Source: an uncultured Oscillospiraceae bacterium (GTDB lineage Bacteria; Bacillota; Clostridia; Oscillospirales; Oscillospiraceae). From it: a DNA stretch of 64,000 nucleotides. The translations under genes were made by a program, and so were the position numbers. Location: assembly GCA_905233385.1 (NCBI GenBank), contig CAJOEH010000022.1, positions 846 through 64,845 on the forward strand. The letters are read 5' to 3'. This document shows, one piece after another, positions 1 through 8,986 of this stretch (positions within the stretch are counted from its first letter, which is position 1; each line of letters opens with the position of its first letter). A model generated the notes under the pieces. That model did no database searches. It was not told where the DNA came from and worked only from the letters and a program-made list of their open reading frames with translations.

Positions 1-1
1 C

Positions 2-400
2 ACGGTCGCGGTCGCGCTGACCTTCGCGGTCGTCATGCTGTATTTTCTTCCGCTGGTCGGCTTCGGCACCGGTCTGATCAGCGGCGCGAACCTCGCGCTG
101 CACCTGCTGTGTCCCCTGCTCGCGATGATCTCGTTCTGCTTCTTTGAGCGCGGGCTGTTCGTGACGAAAACGCGGCTGCTGCTGGGCATCGTGCCCTCCG
201 TGATCTACGGCACGGTCTATCTGATCAACGTGATCTTCCTGAAAACCTGGGAGGATTTTTACTTCTTCAACGTCGGCGGCTTCTGGTATCTGACCTATCT
301 GGTCTTCCCCGCCCTCACCTACCTGCTCGCCCTCGGCATCCGCGCGCTGCATAACAAGTTTGACAAACAGCCGCAAGCCGCCGAAGCCGATATGGCGTAA
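2..400 (+). CDS. Integral membrane protein, Pr6Pr-like (5'-partial, frame runs off the window edge)
   Basis: Frame is open from base 2 (TVAVALTFAVVMLYFLP...); several hydrophobic helices; HLLCP motif. Confidence 0.55.
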   Translation, partial: TVAVALTFAVVMLYFLPLVGFGTGLISGANLALHLLCPLLAMISFCFFERGLFVTKTRLLLGIVPSVIYGTVYLINVIFLKTWEDFYFFNVGGFWYLTYLVFPALTYLLALGIRALHNKFDKQPQAAEADMA

Positions 401-430
401 TAACCTCGATTTTCGATAATTCTATCAGTT

Positions 431-557
431 CTGTCATTGCCCGACTTGCTCGGCAAGTCGGGCAATCTGTCCGTTGCAGAATTGGGAACTGCATCGTAAT
501 ACGGAAAAATCCCACATTGTGAGGGAAAGATTGCCCGGACAAGCCGGGCAATGACAG
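431..557. repeat. TGTC/CGTC-tagged palindromic element (REP/RPE-like)
   Basis: Terminal inverted repeats CTGTCATTGCCC...GGGCAATGACAG with internal hairpins; family recurs at 20547, 22156, 24981, 31211, 41532, 44619, 59375 and 62962. Confidence 0.8.
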
Positions 558-607
558 GCTAAGACGAAACGCAGGACGGGCGACGTTTTTCCCGATTCTG
601 CGCGCAG

Positions 608-640
608 AAAAAGAGCTCCCCCGAGAGGAAGCTCTTTTTT
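608..640. terminator. Bidirectional Rho-independent terminator
   Basis: AAAAAGAGCT..AGCTCTTTTTT hairpin between convergent genes. Confidence 0.7.
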
Positions 641-650
641 CTTGCGCATC

Positions 651-1049
651 TTATTCCTTGCCGTTCAGGAATGCCAGCGCGGCGCCGCCCAGATGGAAGA
701 TCAGAAGCAGCCAGCCGACAAAGGACCAATGCACGGTTAAGCCGGTTCCGCTGACTTCGCCCTTCGCAACGAACAGGCAGATGATAAAGAGGATCACGGA
801 CAGCACAGCAGCGCAGATCGCACAGAGCCGCAGCAAAGCGGTCTTTTCGGCAAGGATGCCGAAAGAAGGCAGCAGCAGGGCAGCAATTGCGACAAGATCC
901 AAAAGGATGATGAGGATCTTGAAGATCGCCAGATCGTCCGTCATGCCGACGCTGAAACCATAAACGCTGAATGTGTCCAGCAGGGACATGATCAGGCCGA
1001 GGAAAATGCAGCAGGCAGCGCCGTACAGAAACAGTTTCTTCTTTTCCAT
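651..1049 (-). CDS. Hypothetical 4-TM membrane protein
   Basis: 132 aa with four hydrophobic segments; RBS and TTGACA-N17-TAAGAT promoter upstream. Confidence 0.75.
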   Translation of the reverse strand: MEKKKLFLYGAACCIFLGLIMSLLDTFSVYGFSVGMTDDLAIFKILIILLDLVAIAALLLPSFGILAEKTALLRLCAICAAVLSVILFIICLFVAKGEVSGTGLTVHWSFVGWLLLIFHLGGAALAFLNGKE

Positions 1050-1164
1050 AGCTCTCTTCCTTTCATAGAATTATATCCTTGCGGATATAGTACTATCTTA
1101 CATGATGTTTGCGCGCTTGTCAATCATACAAGCAGAGAATCCTTCTACAAAATGAACCAGACAG

Positions 1165-1198
1165 AAAAACGGACGCATCGTCGGATGCGTCCGTTTTT
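1165..1198 (-). terminator. Terminator of the hydrogenase operon
   Basis: AAAAACGGACGCATC-gtcg-GATGCGTCCGTTTTT immediately after the hydA stop. Confidence 0.85.
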
Positions 1199-1206
1199 GT
1201 TGTCGA

Positions 1207-2952
1207 TCACTTGTACGCCTTGCGCGGGGTGTAGCTCGTGTGCAGGAGCTCGTGCGCCTTGTGGGAGCCGGGCTTGCCGAGGTACTCCTTGTAAAGCTCG
1301 ATGATCTCGGAATTCTCATGCGACTTGCGGATCGTGTTCGCCTCGTCCAGAGAATACAGGACCTTCGCGCGCTCGGCGCGGATGTCCGTGAAGTTGCGGA
1401 CCGACGCCGGGACCTGGGGCTGACCGCCGCCGTTGACGCAGCCGCCCGGGCAGGCCATGATCTCGATGAAGTGGTAGTTCTTCTCGCCGCTTCTGACCAT
1501 ATCCAGCACCTTGCGGGCGTTGGCGAGGCCCGAGGCGACCGCGATATTGACCGTCAGGCCGGCGACCTCGTAGGTCGCTTCCTTGATGCCCTCGATGCCG
1601 CGGACTTCCTTGAAGTCGGGGCGCGGCAGGGTCTCGCCGGTCAGCGTCTCGACCGCGGTGCGGAGCGCCGCTTCCATGACGCCGCCGGTCGCGCCGAAGA
1701 TCACGGCTGCGCCGGTGCCTTCGCCCAGCGGATGGTCAAAGTCTTCCTCCGGCAGATCCTCGTAGCGGATGCCGGCGCGCTTGATCATGCGGGCGAGCTC
1801 GCGGGTGGTCATGGTGTAGTCCATATCGGGCAGGCCGTCGCGGCCCTGGTTCTCGCGGCCGATCTCGAACTTCTTCGCCGTGCAGGGCATGACCGAGACG
1901 GAAACGATGTTCTTCGGGTCGATGCCGTTCTTTTCGGCGAAATAGCTCTTGGTGATCGCGCCCTGCATCTGCTGCGGGCTCTTGCAGGTGGAGAGGTTCT
2001 CAATGAAGTCGGGATAGTAAAGCTCACAGAACTTGACCCAGCCGGGCGAACAGGACGTGATCATCGGCAGCTTGCCGCCGTTCTGCACGCGCTCGACGAA
2101 CTCGTTGGCCTCTTCCATGATCGTCAGGTCGGCGCCGAAGTTGGTGTCGAACACCTTGTCGAAGCCGAGGCGGCGCAGCGCGGCCGCCATCTTGCCCTGG
2201 GCGTTGGTGCCGATCGGGTAGCCGAAGGCTTCCGCCAGCGCGGCACGGACGGCGGGCGCAGTCTGGACGACGACGTACTTGGTCGGATCGTTGATGGCCT
2301 TGAACACGTCGTCGATGCAGGACTTCTCATACAGCGCGCCGGTCGGGCAGACCGCGATGCACTGGCCGCAGGAGACGCAGGCCGTGTCGGCCAGGCCCAT
2401 GTTGAACGGGCTGCCGATGTTGGTCTTGAAGCCGCGCTCGTTCGCGCCGATGACGCCGATGCCCTGCGCCTTCTCACAGGCGGCGACGCAGCGGCGGCAG
2501 AGGATGCACTTGGAGTTGTCGCGCACCATATGCACGGCGGAATCGTCGATCTCGGACGGGTTCTTCTCGCCCGCGTAGGCATCCTGATTCTCCACGCCGT
2601 ACTCGCGGCAGAGGGTCTGCAGCTCGCACTGGCCGGAGCGGACGCAGGACAGGCAGGAGCAGTTGTGATCCGAGAGGAGCAGCTCGAGCGTCTTCTTGCG
2701 GTATTCCACGACCTTCGGGGTGTGGGTAAAGACTTCCATATTCGGGGCGATCGGGTACACGCAGGAGGCGCACAGACCGCGCGCGCCCTTGACCTCGACG
2801 ACGCAGATACGGCAGGCGCCGATCTCGTTCATGTCCTTGAGGTAGCAGAGCGTGGGGATCTGGATGCCGGCCATCCTCGCAGCTTCCAGGATGGTCGTTC
2901 CCTTCGGCGCGGTGACCTCGATGCCGTTGATTTTAATGGTATATTCTTCCAT
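1207..2952 (-). CDS. hydA: [FeFe]-hydrogenase catalytic subunit (group A3, HydA/HndD)
   Basis: H-cluster motifs ITSCSPGW, VMPCTAKKFE and EIMACPGGCVNGGG; N-terminal 2Fe-2S, His-ligated 4Fe-4S and 2x4Fe-4S domains. Confidence 0.95.
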   Translation of the reverse strand: MEEYTIKINGIEVTAPKGTTILEAARMAGIQIPTLCYLKDMNEIGACRICVVEVKGARGLCASCVYPIAPNMEVFTHTPKVVEYRKKTLELLLSDHNCSCLSCVRSGQCELQTLCREYGVENQDAYAGEKNPSEIDDSAVHMVRDNSKCILCRRCVAACEKAQGIGVIGANERGFKTNIGSPFNMGLADTACVSCGQCIAVCPTGALYEKSCIDDVFKAINDPTKYVVVQTAPAVRAALAEAFGYPIGTNAQGKMAAALRRLGFDKVFDTNFGADLTIMEEANEFVERVQNGGKLPMITSCSPGWVKFCELYYPDFIENLSTCKSPQQMQGAITKSYFAEKNGIDPKNIVSVSVMPCTAKKFEIGRENQGRDGLPDMDYTMTTRELARMIKRAGIRYEDLPEEDFDHPLGEGTGAAVIFGATGGVMEAALRTAVETLTGETLPRPDFKEVRGIEGIKEATYEVAGLTVNIAVASGLANARKVLDMVRSGEKNYHFIEIMACPGGCVNGGGQPQVPASVRNFTDIRAERAKVLYSLDEANTIRKSHENSEIIELYKEYLGKPGSHKAHELLHTSYTPRKAYK

Positions 2953-2964
2953 GATCGGTCCTCC

Positions 2965-4782
2965 TTACTGCTTGCTGATGGCCTTGAACTTACAGTTGCC
3001 CATGCAGACGCCGCACTTGACGCACTTGTCGGGGTCGATCTCGACGGAGGGCAACTTGTGGCCGGGGGCAACGTAGTCGGTCTTGCTGATGGCGGAGGCG
3101 GGGCAGTTGCGCATGCACAGGCCGCAGCCGATGCACTTTTCCTTATCCACGACGAACTTCAGCAGATCCTTGCAGACGCCGGCGGGGCAGCGCTTCTCGA
3201 CGACGTGCGCGATGTACTCGTCGCGGAAGTAGCGCAGCGTGGAGAGCACCGGATTCGGCGCGGTCTGGCCGAGGCCGCAGAGGGCGTTCGCCTTGATATA
3301 GTTGCACAGCTCTTCGAGCTTGTCGATGTCTTCGAGCGTGCCCTTGCCGGAGGTGATCTTCTCGAGGATCTCGAGCAGGCGCTTGGTGCCGACGCGGCAC
3401 GGCGTGCACTTGCCGCAGGACTCGTCCACCGTGAACTTCAGGAAGAACTTCGCGATGTCGACCATGCAGTTGTCCTCGTCCATGACGATCAGGCCGCCGG
3501 AGCCGACGATGGAGCCAATGGCCGCCATGCTCTCATAATCCAGCGGGGTGTCGATCAGGCTGGCCGGGATGCAGCCGCCGGACGGGCCGCCGGTCTGCGC
3601 CGCCTTGAACTTCTTGCCGTTGGGGATGCCGCCGCCGATCTCTTCGATGACCTGGCGCAGCGGAGTGCCCATCGGGATCTCGACGAGGCCGGTGTGCTTG
3701 ATCTTGCCGCCGAGCGCGAAGACTTTGGTGCCCTTGGACTTCTCGGTGCCCATGGAGGCGAACCACTCTGCGCCCTTGAGGATGATCTGGGGGATGTTCG
3801 CCCAGGTCTCGACGTTGTTCAGGATGGATGGCTTCTGGAACAGGCCCTTCTCCGCGGGGAACGGAGGACGGGGTCTCGGCTCGCCGCGGTTGCCCTCGAT
3901 GGAGGTCATCAGCGCGGTCTCTTCGCCGCAGACGAACGCGCCCGCGCCGAGGCGGAGGCCGATGTCGAACTTGAAGCCGGTGCCGAGGATATTATCGCCC
4001 AGCAGGCCGTATTCATGCGCCTGATCGATGGCGATCTGCAGACGCTTGACCGCGATCGGGTACTCCGCGCGGACGTAAATATAGCCCTGCGAGGAGCCGA
4101 TGGTGTAGCCGGCGATGGTCATAGCTTCCAGCACGGCGTGCGGGTCGCCTTCCAGAACGGAACGGTCCATGAATGCGCCGGGGTCGCCCTCGTCGGCGTT
4201 GCAGCAGACGTACTTCTGGTCGTTGTCATAGCCCTTGGCGAACTTCCACTTCAGGCCGGTCGGGAAGCCCGCGCCGCCGCGGCCTCGCAGACCGGAGTCC
4301 AGCAGGACCTGAATGACGTCGTCGGGGGTCATCTCGGTGAGCACCTTGCCCAGCGCCATATAGCCGTCGCGGGCGATATACTCGTCGATGTTCTCGGGGT
4401 TGATGACGCCGCAGTTGCGCAGCGCCACGCGGAGCTGGGACTTGTAGAAGTCGGTGTCGTTCAGGGAGACGTTCTCGCCGGGCTGCGTGACCTCCGCGCC
4501 TTCCTTGTATTCCAGGCGGGTGACGACGCGGCCCTTGAGCAGATGCTCCTCAACGATCTCGGGAACGTCCTCCGGCGTAACGTGGCTGTAGAACGTGCCC
4601 TCGGGGTAGACGATCATCACGGGGCCCAGAGCGCACAGGCCGAAGCAGCCGGTCTGCACGACCTTGATCTCTCCGGTCAGGCCCTTCGCCGCAAGTTCTT
4701 CCTCCAGCTTCGCCTTGACGTTCATGCTGCCGGAAGAGGTACAGCCGGTGCCTCCGCAGATCAGTACATGGGATCGAATCAT
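2965..4782 (-). CDS. hydB: Bifurcating hydrogenase NADH/FMN subunit (NuoF-like HydB/HndC)
   Basis: SGLRGRGGAGFPTG, NADEGDPG and GAGAFVCGEETAL motifs; N-terminal thioredoxin-like 2Fe-2S; C-terminal 2x4Fe-4S. Confidence 0.95.
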   Translation of the reverse strand: MIRSHVLICGGTGCTSSGSMNVKAKLEEELAAKGLTGEIKVVQTGCFGLCALGPVMIVYPEGTFYSHVTPEDVPEIVEEHLLKGRVVTRLEYKEGAEVTQPGENVSLNDTDFYKSQLRVALRNCGVINPENIDEYIARDGYMALGKVLTEMTPDDVIQVLLDSGLRGRGGAGFPTGLKWKFAKGYDNDQKYVCCNADEGDPGAFMDRSVLEGDPHAVLEAMTIAGYTIGSSQGYIYVRAEYPIAVKRLQIAIDQAHEYGLLGDNILGTGFKFDIGLRLGAGAFVCGEETALMTSIEGNRGEPRPRPPFPAEKGLFQKPSILNNVETWANIPQIILKGAEWFASMGTEKSKGTKVFALGGKIKHTGLVEIPMGTPLRQVIEEIGGGIPNGKKFKAAQTGGPSGGCIPASLIDTPLDYESMAAIGSIVGSGGLIVMDEDNCMVDIAKFFLKFTVDESCGKCTPCRVGTKRLLEILEKITSGKGTLEDIDKLEELCNYIKANALCGLGQTAPNPVLSTLRYFRDEYIAHVVEKRCPAGVCKDLLKFVVDKEKCIGCGLCMRNCPASAISKTDYVAPGHKLPSVEIDPDKCVKCGVCMGNCKFKAISKQ

Positions 4783-4794
4783 TTGCGTTCCTCC

Positions 4795-5169
4795 TTATGC
4801 GTTTTCGACTGCGCCGATCGTGTATTCCTCCACGACCTTGCCGCCCTGCAGATGTTCCTCGGCAATGCGGCGCGCCTTTTCGGCAGTCATTTTGACGTAG
4901 GTGACCTTTTCCTTGTCGGCCTCGTAGACCTCGATGATGGGCTCATACCGGCAGATGCCGATACAGCCGGTCTGGGTCACGGTGACCTTATCGGTGAGGC
5001 CGAGTCTGCTGACCTCCTCGACGAGCGCAGCGAGGACCGGTCTGGCGCCGGCGGCGATGCCGCAGGTTGCCATGCCGACCACGGCGCGGATGCTGCCGCT
5101 GCCGCTGCGCAGGTTAACGGTGTCCTTCATCCGGTCGCGGATGGCTTGAAGTTCCGCCAAAGTTTTCAT
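4795..5169 (-). CDS. hydD: Thioredoxin-like [2Fe-2S] subunit (HydD/HndB)
   Basis: VGMATCGIAAGA and QTGCIGICRYEP motifs. Confidence 0.9.
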   Translation of the reverse strand: MKTLAELQAIRDRMKDTVNLRSGSGSIRAVVGMATCGIAAGARPVLAALVEEVSRLGLTDKVTVTQTGCIGICRYEPIIEVYEADKEKVTYVKMTAEKARRIAEEHLQGGKVVEEYTIGAVENA

Positions 5170-5214
5170 AGTACGTTCCTTTCCTTGTTTATATCAAAAA
5201 TATTGCTTTCCGAT

Positions 5215-5745
5215 TTATGCGGGTGAAGTCAGGCTCTCGTACACCCAGGAGAGGACCTCCGGGGTATCGAGCGGGACGTCGCCCAGTATTTCACGCATCT
5301 GCGCGGTTTCCAGATTGATTTCATCGCCGCCCTCGCGGCGGTAGGTAAACGAAAAGTCGATCTCCGGACTGCCCTGAATCAGCGTGACCATCGTGCCGGC
5401 GTAATCGCCGACCGGGACGCAGTCCAGATGATCTATCGCGAAGGTCGCCGTGACCTCGGTGCCGTGGTCGTCGCCCTGCGAGGATTTTACCTTCAGCGTG
5501 CCGCCGGTCTGCTCCGCCGCGAGCTTCAGGAGCGGCAGCCCCATGCCGACCGGCCGCGTCGTGCGGCTCGTCGTGAAGGGATCGGTCACGGTCGCGACCA
5601 TCTCCGGCGGCATGCCGCAGCCGTCGTCGCGGATCGTGAGCCGCCGCCAGCCGTCTCGCTCGTCGATGACGATCTCGATCAGCGTCGCCTTGGCTTTCAC
5701 GGAGTTCTTTGCAATATCGAGGATGTTCAGAGACAGCTCTTTCAT
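5215..5745 (-). CDS. HATPase_c (histidine-kinase-like ATPase) protein
   Basis: LDIAKNS (N box), DDGCGM (G1 box) and GMGLPL (G2 box). Confidence 0.9.
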   Translation of the reverse strand: MKELSLNILDIAKNSVKAKATLIEIVIDERDGWRRLTIRDDGCGMPPEMVATVTDPFTTSRTTRPVGMGLPLLKLAAEQTGGTLKVKSSQGDDHGTEVTATFAIDHLDCVPVGDYAGTMVTLIQGSPEIDFSFTYRREGGDEINLETAQMREILGDVPLDTPEVLSWVYESLTSPA

Positions 5746-5769
5746 TGCGTCACCCCTCGTCGCTGCGTA

Positions 5770-5845
5770 TTGAGAATGGAGAATGGAGAATGAATCGGTG
5801 AACAGAGCGCTTCGCGCCCGATTCTCCGCTCTCCATTCTCAATTC
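5770..5845. repeat. Inverted heptamer (AATGNNN) repeat hairpin
   Basis: GAATGGA-GAATGGA-GAATGAA followed by complementary ATTCTCC/ATTCTCA units around a GCGCTTCGCGC mini-hairpin. Confidence 0.65.
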
Positions 5846-6576
5846 ATACCGCGCCGCAGCAGCTTGATCAGCGCGTCCCGGACCCGCTGCGAGCTGTAGG
5901 GCTCGTCGTCTAAGTCCAGATACGGTCCGGCGTCGCGCATACTCTCTAAACGGTGCGCGTCGGACGAGCAGAGCAGTCTGCGTCCCTGCAGACCGTACTT
6001 TTCGCGGTAGCGTTCCAGGTTTTCCCGGTCGTTGAGCTCCAGCGTCGGGAAATACGGGGTTTCGGGCAGGTCGCCCAGAATGCCGAGGATGCCGTTGGCA
6101 GGGCGGTCGATGTGCGCGGGATAGGCAGCGCCGCCGTGGGAAAGCGCGAGCGCCGTCCCTTCCTCGAGCGAAAGCTGCGTCGCCGGGATCAGCAGATCCG
6201 GCTCCTCGCCGAGCACGTTGTCCTCCGCGTCCACGTAAACCTGGCTGCCGAAGACCGCGGGCTTGTTTTTGATCGGCAGACGCGCTTTGCGCACGTCGCG
6301 GTCAAAGGCCTCGGCGGCCTCCAGGGTCGGGAACAGACACACGAGGTGGATCTCCTCCGCCGTGGTCAGCTCCATCCCCGGCACGCCCACGATGCCGTAA
6401 TTCCGGCATGCCGTGAGAAACGCGCCGCAGTTGCCGCAGGTGTTGTGGTCGGTCAGCGCTAAAAGCTGCAAGCCGCACAGGGACGCCATGCCCGCGATGT
6501 TCGCCGGCGTCATGTCGTCGTCGGCGCAGGGCGAGAGGCAGGAGTGCAGATGCAGGTCGTAGAAGTAGCGGCTCAT
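5839..6576 (-). CDS. PHP-domain phosphoesterase
   Basis: DLHLHS, ALTDHN, AHIDR and SSDAH motifs; start MSRYFY at 6576 overlaps the upstream stop. Confidence 0.9.
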   Translation of the reverse strand: MSRYFYDLHLHSCLSPCADDDMTPANIAGMASLCGLQLLALTDHNTCGNCGAFLTACRNYGIVGVPGMELTTAEEIHLVCLFPTLEAAEAFDRDVRKARLPIKNKPAVFGSQVYVDAEDNVLGEEPDLLIPATQLSLEEGTALALSHGGAAYPAHIDRPANGILGILGDLPETPYFPTLELNDRENLERYREKYGLQGRRLLCSSDAHRLESMRDAGPYLDLDDEPYSSQRVRDALIKLLRRGMN

Positions 6577-6899
6577 AGCAGCGCAGCCACCTTCGCGCCG
6601 ACGGCGAAGGAGGAAAGCTCCGTGGAGAACACGTTGATATCCTTCTTTTCCGCCAGGTCGCGCAGCCGCTCGTCCAGCGTCACGCCCTCGGAGAGGATGA
6701 CGCAGGCGACGTCCGTCAGCACCGCGACGGCCACCACGTTGTCGTTGGACATGATCGTGATCCACGCGTCGCCGGATTGGGCGTTGCCCATGACCCAGGA
6801 GAGCAGGTCGCCGATGTAGCCGCCCTCGACCTCGCGGTCGGGATCCGGCACACACAGCGGCGTGAGGCGGAGCGCCTCGGCCATCGCTTGTACGGTCAT
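6573..6899 (-). CDS. DRTGG-domain protein
   Basis: GGYIGDLLSWVM motif; start MTVQAM at 6899 has an ATGA overlap with the upstream gene. Confidence 0.85.
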   Translation of the reverse strand: MTVQAMAEALRLTPLCVPDPDREVEGGYIGDLLSWVMGNAQSGDAWITIMSNDNVVAVAVLTDVACVILSEGVTLDERLRDLAEKKDINVFSTELSSFAVGAKVAALL

Positions 6900-8182
6900 G
6901 GCTGCTCCTCCTGCTCCTGCAGCTTCTTTTTCAGAAGCACGATGCAGTCCTCGATGCGGCATTCGCCCTTGACCACGTCCTCGGCGAAGGTGCGGCAGGT
7001 CGGTGCGCCGCAGGAGCCGCAGTCGATCTGCGGCAGCAGCTCATAGATCTCCTCGATCTCCGCCATCATACGCATCGCCTCGAGGCGATCGTCGCTCAGC
7101 CGCTCGGGCGGGACGTAGTCGAGGATCGGGTTGTCCACCAGCGCGTCGTCGGGAATGAAGTCGGGTTCCTTGTCCTCGAGCTTCAGGTAGTTGCGGTAAT
7201 TCGGAAGTTTATGCTTGAACGAGAGCAGTCTCGCCTTTGCGATATAGGGGTTTTCGACCGTCGCCGCGCCGCCCACGCAGCCGCCCGGGCAGGCATTGAG
7301 CTCAACAAACTCCAAAGCCGGCAGCTTGCCGTTCTCGATCGCGTCCAGCACCTGGATCGCGTTGTCCATGTCGTCGGCCGCCAGATAGCGGTCGGAGTAG
7401 AGCCCCTCGGCCTCGCCGCCGGAGCTTGCCCACTTCACGCCTGCGATACCGGCCTTGCTCTTCATGGTAATCTCCTTCGCCTTGCCGAGCTTGCCGGAGA
7501 GCCTGCGATAGACGTCGGTCATGGACACGACGTAGTCGATCGTGCTCTTGGTCTGACTCAGCCCGTTCTTGGCGTAGCTGGTCTTGGCGGGGCAGGGGCT
7601 GATGAACACCGTGCAGATCTCCTCGGGCTTGAGCTCGGGATGCTGCTGCAGGGCTTCCGCCTTCGCCGCGCGGCTGGCATATTCCACCGGCGGCAGGATC
7701 GGCAGGACGTGATCGCAGAGCTCCGGGAAACGGAGCCGGATCAGCCGCACGATCGCGGGGCAGGCCGAGCTGATAACCGGTCTGGGAATGTCCGGCTTGC
7801 GCATATAGCGGCGGGTGCACTCGGAGATGATCTCCGCGCTGCGCGCGACCTCGTAGACGTCGTCGAAGCCGAGGTCCAGCAGCGCCTGCAAAAGATCTCC
7901 GACCTCGTTCAGTTCGTCGAACTGGCCGTAGAGCGCGGGCGCGGGGAGCGCGATGCGCCACTTGTACTTCGGATCGATCTCGCTGATGCGGTCGAAGACG
8001 GCGCGCTTGGCCTTCTGCTTGCAGACCCGCACGCAGCGGCCGCAGTCGATGCACAGGTTCGTGCGGATCACTGCGCGTCCGTCACGGATGCGGATGGCCT
8101 CGGTCGGGCACTGCCTGAGGCAGGAGGTACAGCCGATGCACTTGTGCGCGTCCAGAGACACGGAATGCTGAAAAGATGCCAT
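6896..8182 (-). CDS. [FeFe]-hydrogenase-like sensory/ancestral protein (HydS/group D-like) with C-terminal Fe-S domain
   Basis: N-terminal 2x4Fe-4S; divergent H-cluster motifs ISSACPAI, ISPCPAKTSY and ELNACPGGCVGG; C-terminal DCGSCGAPTC. Confidence 0.85.
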   Translation of the reverse strand: MASFQHSVSLDAHKCIGCTSCLRQCPTEAIRIRDGRAVIRTNLCIDCGRCVRVCKQKAKRAVFDRISEIDPKYKWRIALPAPALYGQFDELNEVGDLLQALLDLGFDDVYEVARSAEIISECTRRYMRKPDIPRPVISSACPAIVRLIRLRFPELCDHVLPILPPVEYASRAAKAEALQQHPELKPEEICTVFISPCPAKTSYAKNGLSQTKSTIDYVVSMTDVYRRLSGKLGKAKEITMKSKAGIAGVKWASSGGEAEGLYSDRYLAADDMDNAIQVLDAIENGKLPALEFVELNACPGGCVGGAATVENPYIAKARLLSFKHKLPNYRNYLKLEDKEPDFIPDDALVDNPILDYVPPERLSDDRLEAMRMMAEIEEIYELLPQIDCGSCGAPTCRTFAEDVVKGECRIEDCIVLLKKKLQEQEEQP

Positions 8183-8200
8183 GCGACTTCCTCCTGTCGG

Positions 8201-8620
8201 TTAAACTTTAACGACCATCGTGAGCTTCGTTCCTACGCCGACCTCCGTCTCGATCTCGAGACTGTCGGTGTAGCGTTTCATGTTCGGCAGGCCCATGCCC
8301 GCGCCGAAGCCCATCGTGCGGATCGCCTCGGTGGAGGTGGAATATCCCTCCTTCATGGCGAGCTCCACGTCCGGGATGCCGGGGCCGTGATCTTCGAGAA
8401 TGATCGTGATCTTCTCGGGCTCTACCAGCACGTCGGCCGTGCCGCCGTTGGCGTGGATGACCATGTTGATCTCGCCCTCGTACATCGCGATCGAGCAGCG
8501 GCGGATCACCTCGGACGGAAAGCCCAGCTGGCGCAGTTTTTTCTTGACGGCGACGGAGGCTTCGCCCGCAGAGGAGAAGTCCTGCCCGTCCACGTCATAG
8601 TGAAACGTCAGCGCAGCCAT
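8201..8620 (-). CDS. RsbT/anti-sigma-like Ser/Thr kinase (ATP-binding)
   Basis: YEGEINMVIHA, EDHGPGI, EGYSTS and GFGAGMGLPN motifs. Confidence 0.88.
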   Translation of the reverse strand: MAALTFHYDVDGQDFSSAGEASVAVKKKLRQLGFPSEVIRRCSIAMYEGEINMVIHANGGTADVLVEPEKITIILEDHGPGIPDVELAMKEGYSTSTEAIRTMGFGAGMGLPNMKRYTDSLEIETEVGVGTKLTMVVKV

Positions 8621-8623
8621 GGC

Positions 8624-8968
8624 CTATTCTCCGTGGAGCAGGCCGGTCTCGTACAGCCGTCCGGCCGCGGAGAACATGTGGTGTTCCGTGACCATCGTGA
8701 CGATGTCGTTGGCGTTGGCCAGCGAGACGATCTCCGGCGTGGGGCGCTTGCCGCAGACGAAGACGATGCAGTGCATGTCCAGCATCATGGCCGTGCGCAC
8801 CACCTGGGGATTGAGCAGTCCCGTGATCAGCACGGACTGGTTGGTCGCAAAGGCGAGCACATCGCTCATCATGTCGCAGCAGAAAGCGTCGGACACCTCG
8901 GCGTCCAGCTCTTCCTCGCAGCAGAGCACCTGCGCGTCGAGCAGCTGCGCGATCTCACGGATCTTCAT
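8624..8968 (-). CDS. DRTGG-domain protein
   Basis: AFCCDMMSDVL and ITGLLNPQVVRTA motifs. Confidence 0.88.
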   Translation of the reverse strand: MKIREIAQLLDAQVLCCEEELDAEVSDAFCCDMMSDVLAFATNQSVLITGLLNPQVVRTAMMLDMHCIVFVCGKRPTPEIVSLANANDIVTMVTEHHMFSAAGRLYETGLLHGE

Positions 8969-8986
8969 AATCGTTCTCTCCCGGGA

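Noticed and set aside
1240-5226. Very long antisense ORFs (also 7211-9508, 16668-19451, 22237-24468, 32531-33982, 50074-51933, 53696-55372, 60577-62364)
   Set aside because: Shadow frames opposite high-GC3 genes; no motifs and no RBS.
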